In this document: positions 55,673 through 64,000 of the stretch, piece after piece
How positions within the stretch are numbered: position 1 is the stretch's first letter
Layout of the letters: the number at the start of each line of letters is the position of its first letter
The notes under the pieces: generated by a model
The model's input: the letters and a program-made list of their open reading frames with translations, nothing else
Told to the model about the DNA's origin: nothing
Database searches by the model: none
Program-made: the position numbers and the translations under genes
Origin: a virus
Length of the DNA stretch: 64,000 nt
Reading direction: 5' to 3' (one strand)
IMG/VR virus record: IMGVR_UViG_3300047373_000579
Location: 1 to 64,000 of that record

Positions 55673-56089
55673 ATGAAAAAAAGAATAGTAAAATTAAACG
55701 AATCTGACTTAGAAAAGTTAGTTAAAAGAATTATAAAGGAAGAGGAGGATACTAAAGAAAAGAAAACTACTCTTACCAAACACCCAGCTTATCCGGCTGT
55801 AGATAGATTAGAGAGAGCTCTAGAAGACCTTAAAATGAATTTTAAAGATACCATCGCAAATGAAGTATCTGGTTCTGATGGTTATCATAGTGAAATAGAT
55901 AAGTTTTCTGAAGATTTTGGTAAGTTTATTACTAAAGTATCTAAGATGAAGAGTAAAATCAATGACTATCAAATAGCGAATAAAGATAAGGAGGTGGCTG
56001 AAGCTAAGAAACGGAAAGAAAAACAACGACAATACCAACATCATATGAGAGAAAGAGCTAGAATGGAGGGTCGTAATTATTCATACTAA
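55673..56089 (+). CDS. leader-bearing putative internal head protein
   Basis: MKKRIVKLNESDLEKLVKRIIKEE; GATATTTAT at 55647-55655. Confidence 0.75.
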   Translation: MKKRIVKLNESDLEKLVKRIIKEEEDTKEKKTTLTKHPAYPAVDRLERALEDLKMNFKDTIANEVSGSDGYHSEIDKFSEDFGKFITKVSKMKSKINDYQIANKDKEVAEAKKRKEKQRQYQHHMRERARMEGRNYSY

Positions 56090-56100
56090 AATATAATACA

Positions 56101-56349
56101 ATGAGAAGACAAGATAAACTAAAATCAATAGAGGAAGCTAACAAAAGATTACTACAAGAAGGTTCAGGACCTGGTGGTAGAGTATCTTTTGATGTAATGA
56201 TACATAAATTAACTATGGGTAAAGAATTGGGTGAACCTGATTTAAGTCAAATGGTTGATGAGGTTATAACTGATTTAAAGACATATCTAGATTATGATGT
56301 TATTAAAAAAGATGATAAAGGTATGTCTGATACCGATAGATTAAAATAA
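56101..56349 (+). CDS. leader-bearing small protein
   Basis: MRRQDKLKSIEEANKRLLQE. Confidence 0.7.
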   Translation: MRRQDKLKSIEEANKRLLQEGSGPGGRVSFDVMIHKLTMGKELGEPDLSQMVDEVITDLKTYLDYDVIKKDDKGMSDTDRLK

Positions 56350-56355
56350 AGTAAA

Positions 56356-56895
56356 ATGAGAAGATTTGATAAAAAATTAGTTATAACTGAAGCTAACCAA
56401 AAATTAGAAGAAAAATATCTTAAAGATAAAGGCTTATTAAAAGAAGATATTTTAGAGTTAAAACAAATGTCTAAACAAATCTATTCTTATCTAAAAAAGA
56501 AAGGTTATGAGGTTAAAATAAAAACTGAAAAAGGTGATAAGTCTAGAGATTCTTTTAATACTAATTTAGATTTAAATGATACTATTCAGTTAGTGGTAAA
56601 AGAAGGGTCAGAAGTGGTCATGATAGCTTTACCAGTTATTGCCGTTGTTAAGGACTTAACTGGTGATAAACAACTTCTTTCAACTACAGAAAATAAATAC
56701 GGTAAGGGTTACCAAGATTGGTATGTAAATAAAGAAGTGACTAATTATGTCAATAAATTAGGTGATGAATTAATTTCACAATTAAAATCTAAATACCCAA
56801 ACATGAAACACGGTTTTGATAAAGATGATTCTAGAATGTTTTACTTTATGAGGTTTGGTTATGGTAGAAATAAAAAGGGTGGTGACATAAAATAA
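56356..56895 (+). CDS. leader-bearing protein
   Basis: MRRFDKKLVITEANQKLEE...LLKED. Confidence 0.7.
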   Translation: MRRFDKKLVITEANQKLEEKYLKDKGLLKEDILELKQMSKQIYSYLKKKGYEVKIKTEKGDKSRDSFNTNLDLNDTIQLVVKEGSEVVMIALPVIAVVKDLTGDKQLLSTTENKYGKGYQDWYVNKEVTNYVNKLGDELISQLKSKYPNMKHGFDKDDSRMFYFMRFGYGRNKKGGDIK

Positions 56896-56896
56896 G

Positions 56897-57175
56897 GTGA
56901 AAAGTTTAATCCGTAAGATATTAAAAGAAGAGTCAGACAAACAAACTGATTTAGCAAACTCCAATACTAAAGAACATAATATATGTGATGATTTTAGTGC
57001 TGAAAGTTATGAAGACTTAGTTAACTTAATTAATAAGTCCCATGTATCTAAGGAAGACCACGGTAATATAGAAAAATTATTAGATGACTTAAAAAAAGAA
57101 ATGAAAATTTTAGGTACTGATAAAGATTTAATTAATACCTACCAACATAAAATTGCGAACCAACTATGTAAATAG
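56897..57175 (+). CDS. leader-bearing small protein
   Basis: GTG start, MKSLIRKILKEES. Confidence 0.7.
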   Translation: MKSLIRKILKEESDKQTDLANSNTKEHNICDDFSAESYEDLVNLINKSHVSKEDHGNIEKLLDDLKKEMKILGTDKDLINTYQHKIANQLCK

Positions 57176-57176
57176 T

Positions 57177-57209
57177 AAAAAGGTCTGAGAAATCAGACCT
57201 TTTCTTTTT
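57177..57209. terminator. bidirectional intrinsic terminator
   Basis: AAAAGGTCTGA-GAAA-TCAGACCTTTT between convergent genes. Confidence 0.85.
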
Positions 57210-58737
57210 AACACCAATCTTTTTCAGAGACTATTTCAAATTGTATAATATCGTGGTAAGTTCTAACTTCGTTACCTGATTCTATTTTAAATTCCATATA
57301 ATAATCATTAGGAATAAACCAAGAAGTATCAACTAAGAAATAATTACTGTCATCAGTCCTATTAACTTCTTTCCAAGGAACGTATTCTATTTGTGTCTCC
57401 CCCTCTTTAATGTATATTCTATAGGATATCTTATCCAATGGTTTGTAACTGTTTGTGTAAGGTAACATAGCTTCAATATCTACTCTTCTAGTGTCACCAC
57501 GTTTAATTTTTTCTTTACGTTTAATCCCACTAAAAGAAAAATGGTAATCATAAATAGAAATGTTACGGGAGTTACCAACACCTCTACCACTCTTATCACC
57601 TGAACCAATATTATAGTAAGATTCATCATCTTTTATCACAAAGTCTAATTCTACATTACCTAAATCTCTACCGTTGACAACCACACCTTGCCAAACATCC
57701 CTAAATTGAATGTTACCACAATAACCACTAGTAGGGTTACTACTAACAGACACATCAACATAATAAACACCTGTTGTTGTTTGTTTTATATCACCACTTG
57801 TTAAATTTTGGTATACATTATCATTTTGGTCGTATATTGTAACACCTGAAATGGTAGCATTAACACGTTCTCCTCCCGCATTAACGTACAAGTATAGTCT
57901 ATTACTCTTATCTAAATGAAACTCACACCTATCGTCTTGTATTAGGTCATCATAAGTTGTTTCCATAAAGGGTTCATATACCGTTTGAGTATCTCTAGTA
58001 AAAAAACCTGTGTAACAAAGTGACTCTTGTGGTGCGGACTCTAATCCAGGTGAATAAGCTAACCCTAAATTTGCTTCAGTAATACCACTACTAATTAATC
58101 CATTAATATAATCAGTTATATCTATACAAACGTTTTCACTACCCTTTTCAAAGTATTGTTCACTTTTAACTAAATCTATTGTTGTCCCTGTATAACCTGA
58201 AGTATTCCCTGAATACCACATTGTTGGGTCATTGTAGACCCCAGGTTGTGACCACACTGTAGATGATAGTCTATCTTCCCAGTTTGAGGGTCCTTCACAA
58301 TAAGCTTGGTCTCTTATATCAGCGAAAACTCTATTTTGCTTATTAGGTTGGATTATTAAATTACTTTCAACATAATCATACCCATTCCCTTCAGCCCATT
58401 TTTCAGGTACTTCAAAAAGTATTAAATCAAAAGCCGTTGCTCTTGTTGATTCTCCATAAGAAGAACAAAATGTTTTACAAAATAATTCTGAATCAAAACA
58501 AGAAGTGTTTGTGATGTTAATTTTGTGTGTCATTCCCGACAAAGAATATTCTTTACTATTAACCCTATTTATTAATTCAGTTAAGTCAAAACCAAACAAA
58601 TATCTTGAATAAGTTATATTATCAGAATCTAAAGAACCACCGTGAAATAATTCAGCTATTGGGTTTCTACCTGTGTTAGCGCATGAATTTTTAACAATCA
58701 CAGTATCCCTATCGAAATAAGTTCTATATATACTCAT
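57208..58737 (-). CDS. putative structural protein
   Basis: 509 aa beta-rich; GATATTTAT on minus strand at 58753-58761; adjacent to spike gene. Confidence 0.65.
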   Translation of the reverse strand: MSIYRTYFDRDTVIVKNSCANTGRNPIAELFHGGSLDSDNITYSRYLFGFDLTELINRVNSKEYSLSGMTHKINITNTSCFDSELFCKTFCSSYGESTRATAFDLILFEVPEKWAEGNGYDYVESNLIIQPNKQNRVFADIRDQAYCEGPSNWEDRLSSTVWSQPGVYNDPTMWYSGNTSGYTGTTIDLVKSEQYFEKGSENVCIDITDYINGLISSGITEANLGLAYSPGLESAPQESLCYTGFFTRDTQTVYEPFMETTYDDLIQDDRCEFHLDKSNRLYLYVNAGGERVNATISGVTIYDQNDNVYQNLTSGDIKQTTTGVYYVDVSVSSNPTSGYCGNIQFRDVWQGVVVNGRDLGNVELDFVIKDDESYYNIGSGDKSGRGVGNSRNISIYDYHFSFSGIKRKEKIKRGDTRRVDIEAMLPYTNSYKPLDKISYRIYIKEGETQIEYVPWKEVNRTDDSNYFLVDTSWFIPNDYYMEFKIESGNEVRTYHDIIQFEIVSEKDWC

Positions 58738-58769
58738 TAGTTTCTTTTACTAATAAATATCTAAAAAAA

Positions 58770-59909
58770 TTAATTAATCTTAATGTTGTTAGATATTAAG
58801 TCCCCTTGGTATTCATAATATGTCTTACCATTGGGGCTAATCTTTTCTTTGGGGTTTCCACCTAAGGCTTTATCTATCATACTTAGTAGTTCCGTAGTTT
58901 CAATATCTCTAGATGGTGTTGTGTAAGCTACACCACCACCAGAGTGTTTATGTTCACTAACCCATGTTCTTAACTTTTTTAAAACTTCCCATAACACATC
59001 ACCATAAACGGTAGGTCTTAATTGTAAATTTTCTAAATCAATTTGTTTATTTGGTTCACTAGAATTTAATATAAGACCATCACTTTTTGCTGGTAACCCA
59101 CCTAAAGAATTTATTGGGTTTAGTGGTGAACCTTTGTAAGAAATTAAGTTTATTTGGTCTGCAACAATATTAACAGATGATTTATCTTCATTTAATTCAG
59201 GTATTTTACTAGAATCATAAGAAACTATGGATATATAACCAGGGTTTTTAAGATTTAACTCTAAATTATTATCTTTTTTGTACTTTGCTGTTCTAAGTAG
59301 AATTTCGTCATAAAAATCACCACTTCTTAATATAATATCTTCATTACCCCTACCGTTGATAGCTACATCTGTAGGGTCTTTTGGGTGACTGGGGTAAATA
59401 GACCAATTAGAATCACTGGATTTACCATTTAACCTAGAACCTTCATTATCGAACCAAGCTGTTTCATAATCAAATAATCCACTACTTGTACCAAACATAC
59501 CGTCAAGAATACCTAATATTTTACTAACTCCACTTAGTTTTTGTGGTTGTGAAACTATAGGCCCAATATAATATCTATTAAATCTCTTGTTTTGTTTTTC
59601 ATTTAAAAAAACTATAACTGTTTCACCTAACTTGGGTAATGAGAAAAAAAACTTAGTTTCTATTGCGTATGAGTCAGGCAATCTATCAATTAAATTAGAA
59701 TAGTTTTCTGGGTTTTCTTCTAAATCTTTAGTTTTAATCCCTTTGTTTCTTAAATCCCTATCCAATGTTCTAATAAAAACTTTACATCTACCTGCACCAG
59801 AAGGGTCTTTTAATGGGTCTGTAATTACTTGACCAAAATAAAAATTAAAATTTTGATACTCTTCATTATTAATATCACCCCAATCGTTATCGTATCCTTT
59901 AATTGCCAT
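58770..59909 (-). CDS. baseplate central spike/hub protein (gp5/gpV-like)
   Basis: N-terminal OB-like DP..AGRCKV...PKLGETVIVF...YIG; C-terminal HKH metal-binding motif. Confidence 0.7.
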   Translation of the reverse strand: MAIKGYDNDWGDINNEEYQNFNFYFGQVITDPLKDPSGAGRCKVFIRTLDRDLRNKGIKTKDLEENPENYSNLIDRLPDSYAIETKFFFSLPKLGETVIVFLNEKQNKRFNRYYIGPIVSQPQKLSGVSKILGILDGMFGTSSGLFDYETAWFDNEGSRLNGKSSDSNWSIYPSHPKDPTDVAINGRGNEDIILRSGDFYDEILLRTAKYKKDNNLELNLKNPGYISIVSYDSSKIPELNEDKSSVNIVADQINLISYKGSPLNPINSLGGLPAKSDGLILNSSEPNKQIDLENLQLRPTVYGDVLWEVLKKLRTWVSEHKHSGGGVAYTTPSRDIETTELLSMIDKALGGNPKEKISPNGKTYYEYQGDLISNNIKIN

Positions 59910-59911
59910 AT

Positions 59912-60088
59912 CTATCTAATCCCATACCTTATTTTTAACTCTTCTAAAACTCTAAGGTATTCTTTTTTTATTTTTTCTAAATGTTTAGTTTTTAAGTATA
60001 ATTCTTTTTTAACAAATTCAAAATCACTCTTTAAACCTTGTTGATAGCTTTGTAGTTCGTTGTTTGTTTTTTTACTTAAATCTTCCAT
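59912..60088 (-). CDS. small coiled-coil protein (58 aa, not in ORF track)
   Basis: MEDLSKKTNNELQ...ELKIRYGIR; fills the gap in the minus-strand operon. Confidence 0.65.
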   Translation of the reverse strand: MEDLSKKTNNELQSYQQGLKSDFEFVKKELYLKTKHLEKIKKEYLRVLEELKIRYGIR

Positions 60089-60092
60089 ATCT

Positions 60093-60527
60093 TTAACTAG
60101 CTACCGCATTCCCACCAAGGATAGTTGTTATCACAGAATTCCCTACAACAGGTAAAGGACCTGCGGTACCAGTAACTGCACCAACACCACCAGGTGTTAC
60201 AGCTAAATCAATCTTCATTTCGGTTGTTATAGCGTCTACAATTTCTTCCATTCTAATTTTTTCCATTATTTCAGCCGGTGATATTTCTCCAGTACCTAAA
60301 GGACCAACATTTAATCCAGCTTCAGATTGTCTTTGTATAACTCTAGCTGCCATTTTTTTAGCGCTTAAACCTGGTCTACTTTTTGAGGCTAAAATTAATT
60401 GTTTAGGAATACTACTATTATTTGTTGTAGGTATTTTAAATAAACTTAATAATCCATTTAAGATTGATTTTGGTTGTTTAAAATTTATTTCGCTTGAACT
60501 TACTTTTTCACACCCTAATTTTGCCAT
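60093..60527 (-). CDS. putative baseplate-region protein
   Basis: 144 aa with Gly/Val/Thr-rich beta C-terminus, upstream of spike gene. Confidence 0.65.
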   Translation of the reverse strand: MAKLGCEKVSSSEINFKQPKSILNGLLSLFKIPTTNNSSIPKQLILASKSRPGLSAKKMAARVIQRQSEAGLNVGPLGTGEISPAEIMEKIRMEEIVDAITTEMKIDLAVTPGGVGAVTGTAGPLPVVGNSVITTILGGNAVAS

Positions 60528-60549
60528 TTTTATTTTTTTTTATTAATTG

Positions 60550-62067
60550 TTATGAGCCTATTGATTTTAATGCGGAAATACCAGAACTAACATCAAACCC
60601 ACCCGTTAGACTTTTTAATTGTTTTAATTTTTTATCTATACCTTCTTTAATTAATGTTACTGTTATACAAGCAACAATTTTTAATATTTCTTCTTTTAGT
60701 TGATTGTATAATATTTCTAAAAGAGCTGCTCCAGATTCTCTAACTACAAACTCAAAAAAAACTCTATTAGCAATCGCAAAATCAAAATTATCTTTAAAAT
60801 CATCAATAGTATTAGTTACTAGTTTTTTTGAGACTTGAAATAGAACCATTATTTTAGGTGTAAATATTATATTTGTACTTAGTTTAGGTAAAGCCAAAGC
60901 TAAATCAAAACTAAGTGAACGTTTAACATCTTCATTAGTATCACCTTGTGGACCAACCGCTCCATCCACTTCACCACTTAGGTCAAATAATAGTTTTTCT
61001 GTTGCTTTTTTAGTTATTAATTTGGCCTGTGAAGGCTCATTTTTAATTAACTCACCCACATCCCTAAAAGATTCTAAGGAATCGGAACCGACCATGGTTG
61101 GGGTACAACTATAATTTATTAATTTTTTACCTAAAACTCTGTTTTCTGCTCTTTTTTCTATATCCAATAAAGTATCAGAATCAAAAGTAAAAAAACTATC
61201 ATCTAAATTAAAAGTTTCTTCACAAGGGTCTGTGTCAAGAATTTTTTCAATCATACTATTAACCTTTTCTTTTTCAATTGACTTCTCAATATTAAGACTT
61301 AAAGAACCTTCTGTTTCGGCTAATAATGCTGTTATTGAACCATTTAATTCTTCCATTAGGTTGGGTACGAAGTTTTTAAAATTAAATAATTCAATACTAT
61401 TAATATAATCTTTAAGAAAAACATCGTATTCTTTACCTATATAAGAGCTATTAATAGTTACTTTTAACCCATTTGTGTTAGAACTTGTTGACAAAGGGTA
61501 ACTAATTACTTCAAAATCTAAAATATTTTTCCAAACCCCAGTTGAACCAACCCCACTTTGCATTAAATCGGCTAAGAAAATATTTAAATCATTTTCAGGT
61601 TCACCAAAAAAAAGACTTGCGGGAAATTGTGTTGGGTCTAGTGTTGTTAACTTATTTGAGTCGAACTCATTAGGTTTTAAACTAACCGTTGGTGCTGGTG
61701 TAGGTATTTTAAAACTTGCTGGACAAAGTAGACCGGCTTTTATACCTTTAATAATGCCTTCTTTTATTATCCTTATGAATATTGGAAAAAATTCTACTAA
61801 TATTTCAATTAGTATTCTAATTAATTCACATTTAAGTCTAGATTTATTTATACTATTACCCTTTTTAACACTAGGTAAACACCCATTACCACTACCCCCA
61901 TCTCTACAAGCTATAGATAATAAGTCTAATAAATAAGGTATTAAATTTTTTGATGTTGACTTTACTGATGCTATATTAGATATAAGTTTATTGCCAGGTA
62001 AATCACCTAAAACTTCTGAAAGATTTATTTGTTGTACAATATTATTTTTATCATCAATAAAACCCAT
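60550..62067 (-). CDS. hypothetical late protein
   Basis: 505-aa ORF in late minus-strand operon. Confidence 0.7.
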   Translation of the reverse strand: MGFIDDKNNIVQQINLSEVLGDLPGNKLISNIASVKSTSKNLIPYLLDLLSIACRDGGSGNGCLPSVKKGNSINKSRLKCELIRILIEILVEFFPIFIRIIKEGIIKGIKAGLLCPASFKIPTPAPTVSLKPNEFDSNKLTTLDPTQFPASLFFGEPENDLNIFLADLMQSGVGSTGVWKNILDFEVISYPLSTSSNTNGLKVTINSSYIGKEYDVFLKDYINSIELFNFKNFVPNLMEELNGSITALLAETEGSLSLNIEKSIEKEKVNSMIEKILDTDPCEETFNLDDSFFTFDSDTLLDIEKRAENRVLGKKLINYSCTPTMVGSDSLESFRDVGELIKNEPSQAKLITKKATEKLLFDLSGEVDGAVGPQGDTNEDVKRSLSFDLALALPKLSTNIIFTPKIMVLFQVSKKLVTNTIDDFKDNFDFAIANRVFFEFVVRESGAALLEILYNQLKEEILKIVACITVTLIKEGIDKKLKQLKSLTGGFDVSSGISALKSIGS

Positions 62068-62069
62068 TA

Positions 62070-62420
62070 CTATTCTTCTTTTTTATCGAACATGTCCCTT
62101 AAAAGTTCCATATCTTCAGGTGTTAGTGAACCATCAACCTTTTCACCCACATTATCACCTTTAAAAACTAAAGTACTCATTAATTTTACTAAAGATAATT
62201 TTTTATCTATTGTATTATCAATAAGTTTAAGTAAATCGGTGTTAGCCTTATTTAGATTAACTAAATCGTGCATATCATCTACCTCAACCTTCTTTTTATT
62301 TTCATTGATTTGTCTAATAGCGGTTGTACGTTGTTCAACAAGTTCATTATAAGCTTCTTGGGCCATACCCAAAAAACTATCCGTAGATATTTTAACTTCT
62401 TTTTTCTTTGGTCTACCCAT
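62070..62420 (-). CDS. helical late protein (possibly small terminase-like; unconfirmed)
   Basis: 116 aa, two long helices; GATATTTAT on minus strand at 62434-62442. Confidence 0.6.
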   Translation of the reverse strand: MGRPKKKEVKISTDSFLGMAQEAYNELVEQRTTAIRQINENKKKVEVDDMHDLVNLNKANTDLLKLIDNTIDKKLSLVKLMSTLVFKGDNVGEKVDGSLTPEDMELLRDMFDKKEE

Positions 62421-62455
62421 AATCTTTTTTATTATAAATATCTTTTTATTTAATT

Positions 62456-63238
62456 TTAAATTGACTCTTCTTTTAATACATTGTAGATAATTTTATACCT
62501 TTTCATTGCATTCCTAATGTCTTTAGTATTTAAAGCAGTCATTTCTCTCATATAATAAAGAATTAAATTTTTATTAAATTTATTTTTTCCGGGAACGTTA
62601 TCATCATCAAATAAAGTTTCCCAGTCATCTAAAATAGAAGTTAAAGCATTACCAACCTTCATTTCATTTTCGTTTAAAACTCTTTCTTCCATTTCTTTTT
62701 TAATAGATTTAGAGATTCCTTCTATTAATTTTGTTAAATCAAGACCATCATTATCTATGGTATAAATTAACTCATCTTTTTCTTCAACAGCAGGAGCAAC
62801 TTCATCAAAACTTAGGTTTTGTTTCATTTTTTTATCTTCTTTAATTAACTTACCTAATAGGTAATGTTTAACTACTGTTCCGTAATATGAATATGATTTT
62901 TTGTTTTTAGCTGGTTTAAATTTATGAAATTTAACATGTAAAAAGCCTAAAGTATCGGCGTGAAGGTCTTCAAACTCCATTGTTTTAGAATAGAGTTTGT
63001 ACCTTCTAATAATACTTTCCACCATTTTATCTAGTGGGGCTTTTAATTGTTTGAGGTATATTCTATTTCTTTGTATATCCTCATGTGTCGTACCCGTCCA
63101 TCTGTACCCATCTTGTGTATTAGGGTCTTTTATAATTGTTCCAAGTTCAAGATATTTCTTTACTGCTTCTTCCTCTTCTGGACCAAAGTAAGGCTTCTTT
63201 TTTGGTTTTCTACCCCTTTTCTTTGGTTCTACTGACAT
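62456..63238 (-). CDS. phage sigma factor (T4 gp55-like late sigma)
   Basis: Region-2-like EDLHADTLGFLHVKFHKFKPAKNKKSYSYYGTVVKHYL. Confidence 0.7.
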   Translation of the reverse strand: MSVEPKKRGRKPKKKPYFGPEEEEAVKKYLELGTIIKDPNTQDGYRWTGTTHEDIQRNRIYLKQLKAPLDKMVESIIRRYKLYSKTMEFEDLHADTLGFLHVKFHKFKPAKNKKSYSYYGTVVKHYLLGKLIKEDKKMKQNLSFDEVAPAVEEKDELIYTIDNDGLDLTKLIEGISKSIKKEMEERVLNENEMKVGNALTSILDDWETLFDDDNVPGKNKFNKNLILYYMREMTALNTKDIRNAMKRYKIIYNVLKEESI

Positions 63239-63239
63239 G

Positions 63240-64000
63240 TTACTGGGTCATTTCTTCTTCGTATGTTATGCCTCTGTCTTGTTTAAAATAACATTCTTTT
63301 TTTGCTTGGCTAAACCACCATTTAGCTTCATCAGGCCTCATTTTTTCATCCCCATCAACGTAATATCGATGGAAAAGAGAATCTTTTCTCATATTTATTT
63401 TTTTATAACCTAATCTAGGAATTGTCATTATTGTTTTATCGTAGTAAGTCATTCTTAGTAAAAATTCATAAACAAAATGTAGTTTAATTCCAGGTTTAAA
63501 ACCTCCAATAGAAAGGAAAGTTTCTGTTTTATAAACACCACCTGAAGTTTGAAAATTTGGGTAATTTAAAAGTGAATCGTTATCTAAAAAACCCATTTTA
63601 TCACTAAATTCAGGGGCCCATACTGGTTCATTTGTAAATTGTAAAAATTTACCTTCAGAGTTTACATCTAAAACTAATGGTAAAAACACTTCAACATCAT
63701 TATAGTGTCCTACATATTCCTTAACATTTGAAAACCATATTTTAGAGTATTCATCATCAATTTCTAAGATAGAAAACCATTCAGTTGTTATATTTTTAAC
63801 ACCAAAATTTACTTGTGAACAAAAATCAGACTCACCATCATTTATTAAAACTTTTACATTTTCTTTAAATTCTTCATCGTAATCAAAAGACTCAACCTCT
63901 TTTTTTAGTTCTTCATTCGTTACGACAATCAATAGTTGTGGTTTATTTTCTATTTTTTGTGTGACAACACTTTTAACAGCGTTAGCAAAATAATCTTTTT
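63240..64000 (-). CDS. glycosyltransferase family 2 (5'-truncated by window end)
   Basis: QVNFGV..ITTEWFSILEIDD, FLSIGGF, EFLLR; reading frame open to the window edge. Confidence 0.75.
   Translation of the reverse strand, partial: KDYFANAVKSVVTQKIENKPQLLIVVTNEELKKEVESFDYDEEFKENVKVLINDGESDFCSQVNFGVKNITTEWFSILEIDDEYSKIWFSNVKEYVGHYNDVEVFLPLVLDVNSEGKFLQFTNEPVWAPEFSDKMGFLDNDSLLNYPNFQTSGGVYKTETFLSIGGFKPGIKLHFVYEFLLRMTYYDKTIMTIPRLGYKKINMRKDSLFHRYYVDGDEKMRPDEAKWWFSQAKKECYFKQDRGITYEEEMTQ

Noticed and set aside
5651-63235. Many antisense or alternative-frame ORFs in the track (e.g. 5651-5878, 27886-28293, 35008-35502, 41806-42216, 42666-43112, 49510-49984)
   Set aside because: They lie wholly within well-supported genes and their Ser/Phe/Leu/Pro-rich composition mirrors the sense strand
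1-64000. Stop-codon reassignment, as in some Bacteroidota phages
   Set aside because: Long conserved genes are intact in the standard code, and TAG ends genes at sensible places (e.g. capsid gene at 52378, just before its terminator)

Overview
An AT-rich 64-kb segment of a large T4-like (myovirus-type, probably jumbo) phage whose host is most likely in the Bacteroidota. Host evidence: four TT(T)G-N19/20-TATATTTG promoters, a DUF4494-like gene and A-rich translation starts. It holds the head module (large terminase, portal, prohead protease, scaffold, major capsid protein), neck, fibre, LamG and baseplate-spike genes, a gp55-like sigma factor, lysis candidates and auxiliary genes (thyA, uvsE, clpC, type II glutamine synthetase, nucleotidyltransferase, GT2). 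About 22 copies of a (G/C/A/T)ATATTTAT motif sit just upstream of structural and accessory genes and are the likely late promoter. The most striking unexplained signal is six late ORFs built as strings of dissimilar ~100-190 aa modules. Each module is introduced by the same junction, a hydrophobic-x-E site followed by an acidic [LFW]-[DEQ]-W-[IAVMT] tag (17 copies), and each ORF starts with a leader of the IKKILKE type. By inference from T4 gp21 and internal-protein biology, this may be a capsid-packaged, protease-processed polyprotein cargo system. All protein calls come from motifs read by eye; no database search was run. No tRNA, rRNA, CRISPR array or stop-codon recoding was seen.
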